From Planctomycetota bacterium (GTDB lineage: Bacteria > Planctomycetota > UBA1135 > UBA2386), in assembly GCA_947501605.1 (NCBI GenBank), contig CANMWZ010000006.1, positions 90,517 through 154,516 of the forward strand: a DNA stretch of 64,000 bases, given 5' to 3'. The translations under genes were made by a program, and so were the position numbers. Shown one piece after another: positions 59,829-64,000 of this stretch. The notes beneath the pieces are model-generated. The model was not told where the DNA came from and did no database searches. It worked only from the letters and a program-made list of their open reading frames with translations. The stretch's first letter is position 1; each line of letters begins with the position of its first letter.

Positions 59829-61196
59829 ATGGCTATCAAGGAATTCAAACTACCCGACATCGGGGAAGGCATCGCCGAGGGCGAGATCGTCAGCTGGAAG
59901 GTCAAGGCCGGCCAGCAGGTGAAGGAAGAGGACGAGTTCGTCGAAGTGATGACGGACAAGGCCACGGTCACGATCACGGTGCCGTTCACCGGCGTCATCG
60001 CCGAGCTGCGTTGCAAAGAAGGCGACGTGGTTCCGGTCGGCTCAGTCATCGCAGTCATCGACGTCGGCGCCGCCGGCGGCACTGCCCCCGCGAGTCCTGC
60101 AGCCGCCACCCCAGCCGCGGCGCCGAAGCCCGCAGCTGCGTCCGCCCCGACACCCGTCGCCGCCAAGCCGCCGATGCCGGCGCCAGTCGCCGCACCCAAG
60201 CCCGTCGTCGTGCCGCCGGCCCAGAAGCCCGCCGCCGCGCCCGCCCCGGTTGCGCCCGCCGCCTTCGTGCCGTCCTCGCCGGGCAAGGTCCTCGCCGCGC
60301 CAGCGACGCGCCGCCGCGCCCGCGAACTCGGCATCGACCTCAACACCATCGCCGCCACCGGCCCGCGCGGTCGCATCACCAACGATGACCTCGCTGCACC
60401 GGGCTTGGCCCCTGCGGCTCGCGCCGCCGCTCCGGCAGCCGCGGCAGCCGGCGCTCGCACCTTCGCACCGGTTGTGATCGCACCGGCACCCGCCGGCCGC
60501 AGCGAAGTGCGCACGCCGTTCCGCGGCCTGCGTCGCAAGATCGCCGAGGCGATGACGCGGTCGAAGTTCACCGCGACGCACTTCACCTACGTCGACGACA
60601 TCGACGTCACCGACCTGGTCAAGATCCGCAGCGACGCCAAGACGGCGTTCAAGGACCAGGGCCTCAACATCACCTACCTGCCGTTCATCATGAAGGCGAT
60701 CGTCGCGGCCATGCGCGCGTTCCCGGAGATGAACAGCTCGCTCGACGAGTCGACGCAGGAGCTGGTCGAGAAGCACTACTACAACTTCGGCATCGCGACC
60801 GACACGGACAACGGACTCATCGTCCCGGTCATCAAGGACGTCGATCGCAAGACGATCGCCGAACTGGCGCGCGACCTGCAGGACCTCGCCGCACGCACGC
60901 GCGAAGGCAAGGTCACGGTCGACGACCTGACGGGCGGCACGTTCACGATCACGAACGCCGGCAACATCGGCGGGCTGTTCGCGACGCCGGTCATCAACTT
61001 CCCGGAAGTCGCGATCTGCGGCGTGCACGCGATCAAGGACGCGGCCATCGTCAAGGACGGCGCGATCGTTGTCGGCAAGAAGATGTATCTCTCGGTCTCG
61101 ATCGACCATCGCCTCGTCGACGGCGCCTCGGGCGCGCGTTGGATGAACGTCGTCAAGGAACACCTGGAGCAGCCCTGGCGGCTCCTGTTGGCCTGA
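59829..61196 (+). CDS. Dihydrolipoamide acyltransferase (E2), single lipoyl domain
   Basis: LPDIGEG..EVMTDKA lipoyl-Lys; Ala/Pro linker; subunit-binding domain LAAPATRRRARELGIDL; DHRLVDGA. Confidence 0.95.
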   Translation: MAIKEFKLPDIGEGIAEGEIVSWKVKAGQQVKEEDEFVEVMTDKATVTITVPFTGVIAELRCKEGDVVPVGSVIAVIDVGAAGGTAPASPAAATPAAAPKPAAASAPTPVAAKPPMPAPVAAPKPVVVPPAQKPAAAPAPVAPAAFVPSSPGKVLAAPATRRRARELGIDLNTIAATGPRGRITNDDLAAPGLAPAARAAAPAAAAAGARTFAPVVIAPAPAGRSEVRTPFRGLRRKIAEAMTRSKFTATHFTYVDDIDVTDLVKIRSDAKTAFKDQGLNITYLPFIMKAIVAAMRAFPEMNSSLDESTQELVEKHYYNFGIATDTDNGLIVPVIKDVDRKTIAELARDLQDLAARTREGKVTVDDLTGGTFTITNAGNIGGLFATPVINFPEVAICGVHAIKDAAIVKDGAIVVGKKMYLSVSIDHRLVDGASGARWMNVVKEHLEQPWRLLLA

Positions 61197-61204
61197 TCCC
61201 GGCG

Positions 61205-62599
61205 ATGGCATCCAAGAAGGCAGCGAAGACGTCGGGCAAGACCCCTGCGCGCAAAGGTGCGGTCGCCGTGAAAGCGGCCCCGAAACCTGCGCGCGCGCAG
61301 AAGGCCAGCGCGCGCGTGAAGCCGACGGCGAAGGCGCGCGCGAAGGCTTCGGCCGCTTCGCCGGCCAAGGCGACCGTGGCGTCGATCCAGAAGAAGGCGA
61401 CCCAGGGGAAGGCAATCGCGAAGAAGGCGATCGCGAAGCCAGCCCCAGAAGCGAAACAGCAGGCGAAGCAGAAGGCGCAACCGCTCTCGCTCGACGCAGC
61501 GCTGCCCTTGGTGCGCGTGCTCGACGACGACGGCAAGCTGCTCGCGGGCAAGGACCCGGGCCTGCTGCCCGCGACGATGCTGTTCTTGTACGAACAGATG
61601 GTGCAGGTCCGCGAGTTCGACCGCCGCATGTTGATGCTGCAGCGGCAAGGCCGCATCGGCTTCTACGGCCCGATCCTCGGGCAAGAAGCAGCGACGGTCG
61701 GCTCGACGGCGGCGATGGAAGCGCGCGACTGGGTCTTCCCGGCGTTGCGCGAAGGGGCTGCCGCGATGATGCGCGGCCTGCCGCTGGCTGAAGCCATCAA
61801 CCAGCTGATCGGCAACCAGAACGACCGCTGCAAGGGCCGGCAGATGCCGTGCCACTACACCTACAAGGAAGGCAACTACTACGGCATGTCGTCGGTGATC
61901 GGGACGCAGATCAGCCACGCGGTCGGTGCCGCCATGGCGGCGCGCCTTCGAGGCGACGACGTCGTGGTGCTCGGCCACATGGGCGACGGCGCAACCTCGG
62001 CCAATGACTTCCACTGCGGGATGAACTTCGCGGCGGTCTATCGCTCGCCGTGCGTGCTGTTCTGCCAGAACAACCAGTGGGCGATCTCGGTGCCGACGAG
62101 CAAGCAGAGCGCGTCGGCGACGATCGCAGAGAAGGGCATCGCTTATGGGATGCCTTCGGTCCGCGTCGACGGCAATGACGTGCTGGCGGTCTATCAGGTG
62201 ACCAAGGCTGCGGTCGAACGCGCCCGGCGCGGCGACGGGCCGACGTTCATCGAAGCCGTGACGTATCGGCGGCTGGGCCACTCGTCGAGCGACGACCCGA
62301 GCAAGTACCGCGACGAATCGGAAGTGAAGGTCTGGGAGCGGAAGGATCCGGTCGATCGGTTCCGCAAGTTCCTGCAAGCGCGCGGGCTGTGGGACGAAGC
62401 GAAGGAGACGGCGTTGAAGGAGCGCATCGCGAAGGCGGTCAATGACGCGATCGCGGCGGCGGAGGGCGTTGGCGCGCCCGCGGACGAGACGCTGGTCACG
62501 GATGTGTACGCGCAGGTGACGCCGCAGTTGAAGGCGCAGTTGGCGGAAGTGCTCGCGCTGGATGGGCGCGGGGTGAATGAAGGGGCGTTCCCGCTGTAG
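61205..62599 (+). CDS. 2-oxoacid dehydrogenase E1 alpha subunit, copy 2, with Lys/Ala-rich N-terminal extension
   Basis: About 90-aa K/A/P-rich N-terminus, then QRQGRIGFY, GRQMPCHY, GDGATS..NNQWAIS, HSSSDD. Confidence 0.92.
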   Translation: MASKKAAKTSGKTPARKGAVAVKAAPKPARAQKASARVKPTAKARAKASAASPAKATVASIQKKATQGKAIAKKAIAKPAPEAKQQAKQKAQPLSLDAALPLVRVLDDDGKLLAGKDPGLLPATMLFLYEQMVQVREFDRRMLMLQRQGRIGFYGPILGQEAATVGSTAAMEARDWVFPALREGAAAMMRGLPLAEAINQLIGNQNDRCKGRQMPCHYTYKEGNYYGMSSVIGTQISHAVGAAMAARLRGDDVVVLGHMGDGATSANDFHCGMNFAAVYRSPCVLFCQNNQWAISVPTSKQSASATIAEKGIAYGMPSVRVDGNDVLAVYQVTKAAVERARRGDGPTFIEAVTYRRLGHSSSDDPSKYRDESEVKVWERKDPVDRFRKFLQARGLWDEAKETALKERIAKAVNDAIAAAEGVGAPADETLVTDVYAQVTPQLKAQLAEVLALDGRGVNEGAFPL

Positions 62600-62612
62600 G
62601 GGGCGCGCAGGG

Positions 62613-63494
62613 TCAGCGATTGGCCCACTGCAAACCAAGACCGTCGGGGGCCCATTTGAGGCGCCAGTTCACCATATAGCTGAGATTCGACGGAAGCTCG
62701 ACACCGCGGAGATGCAGCAGCCGGCTCTCTCGTCGTTGTTTCAATTCATCGAGACCCAGGGTGCCGTAGTAAGCCATAACTTCTCGCGCGAGATCATCGA
62801 AAGCCTGTTTACGGGCGGCGTTCGCAGCCAGAACTTCTTCATCGTCGTCGACAGGAACAACCACACCGACGTCGCCGATGCCTTCTAACTTCTCACCATA
62901 ATGAAACGTCAGGTAGGGGCGCTTGTTGCCGAAGTAGTCCTTGCCGCCGGAGGTGTCCGGCTGGAGCCGAAGATAGGCGATCCCGGACTCCAGACTCCGG
63001 ACGATGGCCTGATCCAGGACAAGGTCCGCCATGGCCTCCGCGATCTCCGCGCGATAGATCGGGTTGCTCCGATCGCCGTCGACCAATTGCTCCACTCGTA
63101 GCTCGCGGGATGATTTCTGGTTGACCGCCGCAACAAGCGCTCTAGAAACGACCTCAGCGTTCGCCCGACGCAGATCTGGGTGCACGGCGGGCGCAATATC
63201 AGACACAGTAGGAGTGCTGGCATCGGCAGGCTGGACTCTACGCGCACCCAGCTCTGTCACTTCCGTGTCACCCACTTCTGAGTCACCGGCCAAGGAGTTG
63301 CCAAGAACAATGTCGGCAACACCAACTCCGCGAAGGTTTGCCTCCACACCAGCCGGTTCGTCGAAACCGCACCACCACAGTACCGCCATGGCCCCGCACA
63401 CCAGCACGACAACCCATCGCCAAGAACCACGCAGCATGCCACGCAATCCTCGCCCTGAGCCATCACTCGCCATGCCAGACGCACTTCTCATCAA
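62613..63494 (-). CDS. Hypothetical protein with N-terminal TM helix (lower GC)
   Basis: 293-aa ORF with WVVVLVCGAMAVLWW; ATGA overlap with the upstream gene. No family recognised. Confidence 0.55.
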   Translation of the reverse strand: MMRSASGMASDGSGRGLRGMLRGSWRWVVVLVCGAMAVLWWCGFDEPAGVEANLRGVGVADIVLGNSLAGDSEVGDTEVTELGARRVQPADASTPTVSDIAPAVHPDLRRANAEVVSRALVAAVNQKSSRELRVEQLVDGDRSNPIYRAEIAEAMADLVLDQAIVRSLESGIAYLRLQPDTSGGKDYFGNKRPYLTFHYGEKLEGIGDVGVVVPVDDDEEVLAANAARKQAFDDLAREVMAYYGTLGLDELKQRRESRLLHLRGVELPSNLSYMVNWRLKWAPDGLGLQWANR

Positions 63495-64000
63495 GAACCA
63501 CCCGTGTCGTTGTCACACTTGCCGCATCCGAAAATGAACTTCACGAAGAAGGCCGTGGTCCCATCTTTGTTCTTGAACTTCAGTTCCGCAGAGTTCTCCT
63601 TCCCATCACACTCCGCATACGCAGGATCTTCCGGGGGGAAAAGAGTGTAGGAGAGCGCAACGCCGATGGCATGAGTGCCCGTCAGCGGGACCGGTGCGCT
63701 GACACCCCAGTTACTGAGGTCCCAAACCCAGTTAACATCATTAACTGTAGCGGCGTGCCCGGTGCAGTCGCGAGCGCATGCAGCAACTGTCACGATAACC
63801 CTCATGGGTTTTAAGATGCAAGGATGTGCGCTCTCAGGGTCACAGCCTACCTTGCCACACTGGCCGATCTCTGCCTGACCATCCGGAAACGTCTCCACGC
63901 TAGAGCTGAAGGCGCGGACGGGATTCGGGTTCCCGGGGTTGGAACACATGCAGGATGCGCTCGCGATAGTGTAGTTCACCACCTTGCAGGCGCAGGGGTC
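63491..64000 (-). CDS. Cysteine-rich hypothetical protein, 5' end outside the window (lower GC)
   Basis: Frame is open to the window edge (DPCACKVVNY...); 12 Cys in the 169 visible residues. Confidence 0.55.
   Translation of the reverse strand, partial: DPCACKVVNYTIASASCMCSNPGNPNPVRAFSSSVETFPDGQAEIGQCGKVGCDPESAHPCILKPMRVIVTVAACARDCTGHAATVNDVNWVWDLSNWGVSAPVPLTGTHAIGVALSYTLFPPEDPAYAECDGKENSAELKFKNKDGTTAFFVKFIFGCGKCDNDTGGS

Overview
A GC-rich (about 68% by eye) bacterial chromosome segment of about 51 protein-coding genes. Its gene content (lpxD, gmhA, T2SS gspDEF, many large signal-peptide proteins of unknown function) suggests a Gram-negative organism, plausibly an uncultured Planctomycetota; this is inference, not a taxonomic test. 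Recognisable genes: queD, a stand-alone fusA, nagA, glpD, lpxD, a PTS IIA protein, gspD-gspE-gspF, ETF:quinone oxidoreductase, mdh, gmhA, rtcA and a lipA-E1alpha-E1beta-E2-E1alpha 2-oxoacid dehydrogenase cluster. A rod-like structured RNA with its own terminator at 743-993 looks like 6S RNA. I found no tRNA, rRNA, CRISPR array, transposase or integrase. The most unusual items are: an exported tandem beta-carbonic anhydrase on a His-rich stalk with a C-terminal membrane anchor; a second E1alpha carrying a histone-H1-like tail; a T2SS core flanked by a CxxCH protein and a TPR-zinc metallopeptidase; a kinase-M23-aminotransferase triple fusion; and a lower-GC pair of unknown genes (one Cys-rich) at the right edge. 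All calls come from reading motifs by eye, with no database searches, and start codons are estimates.
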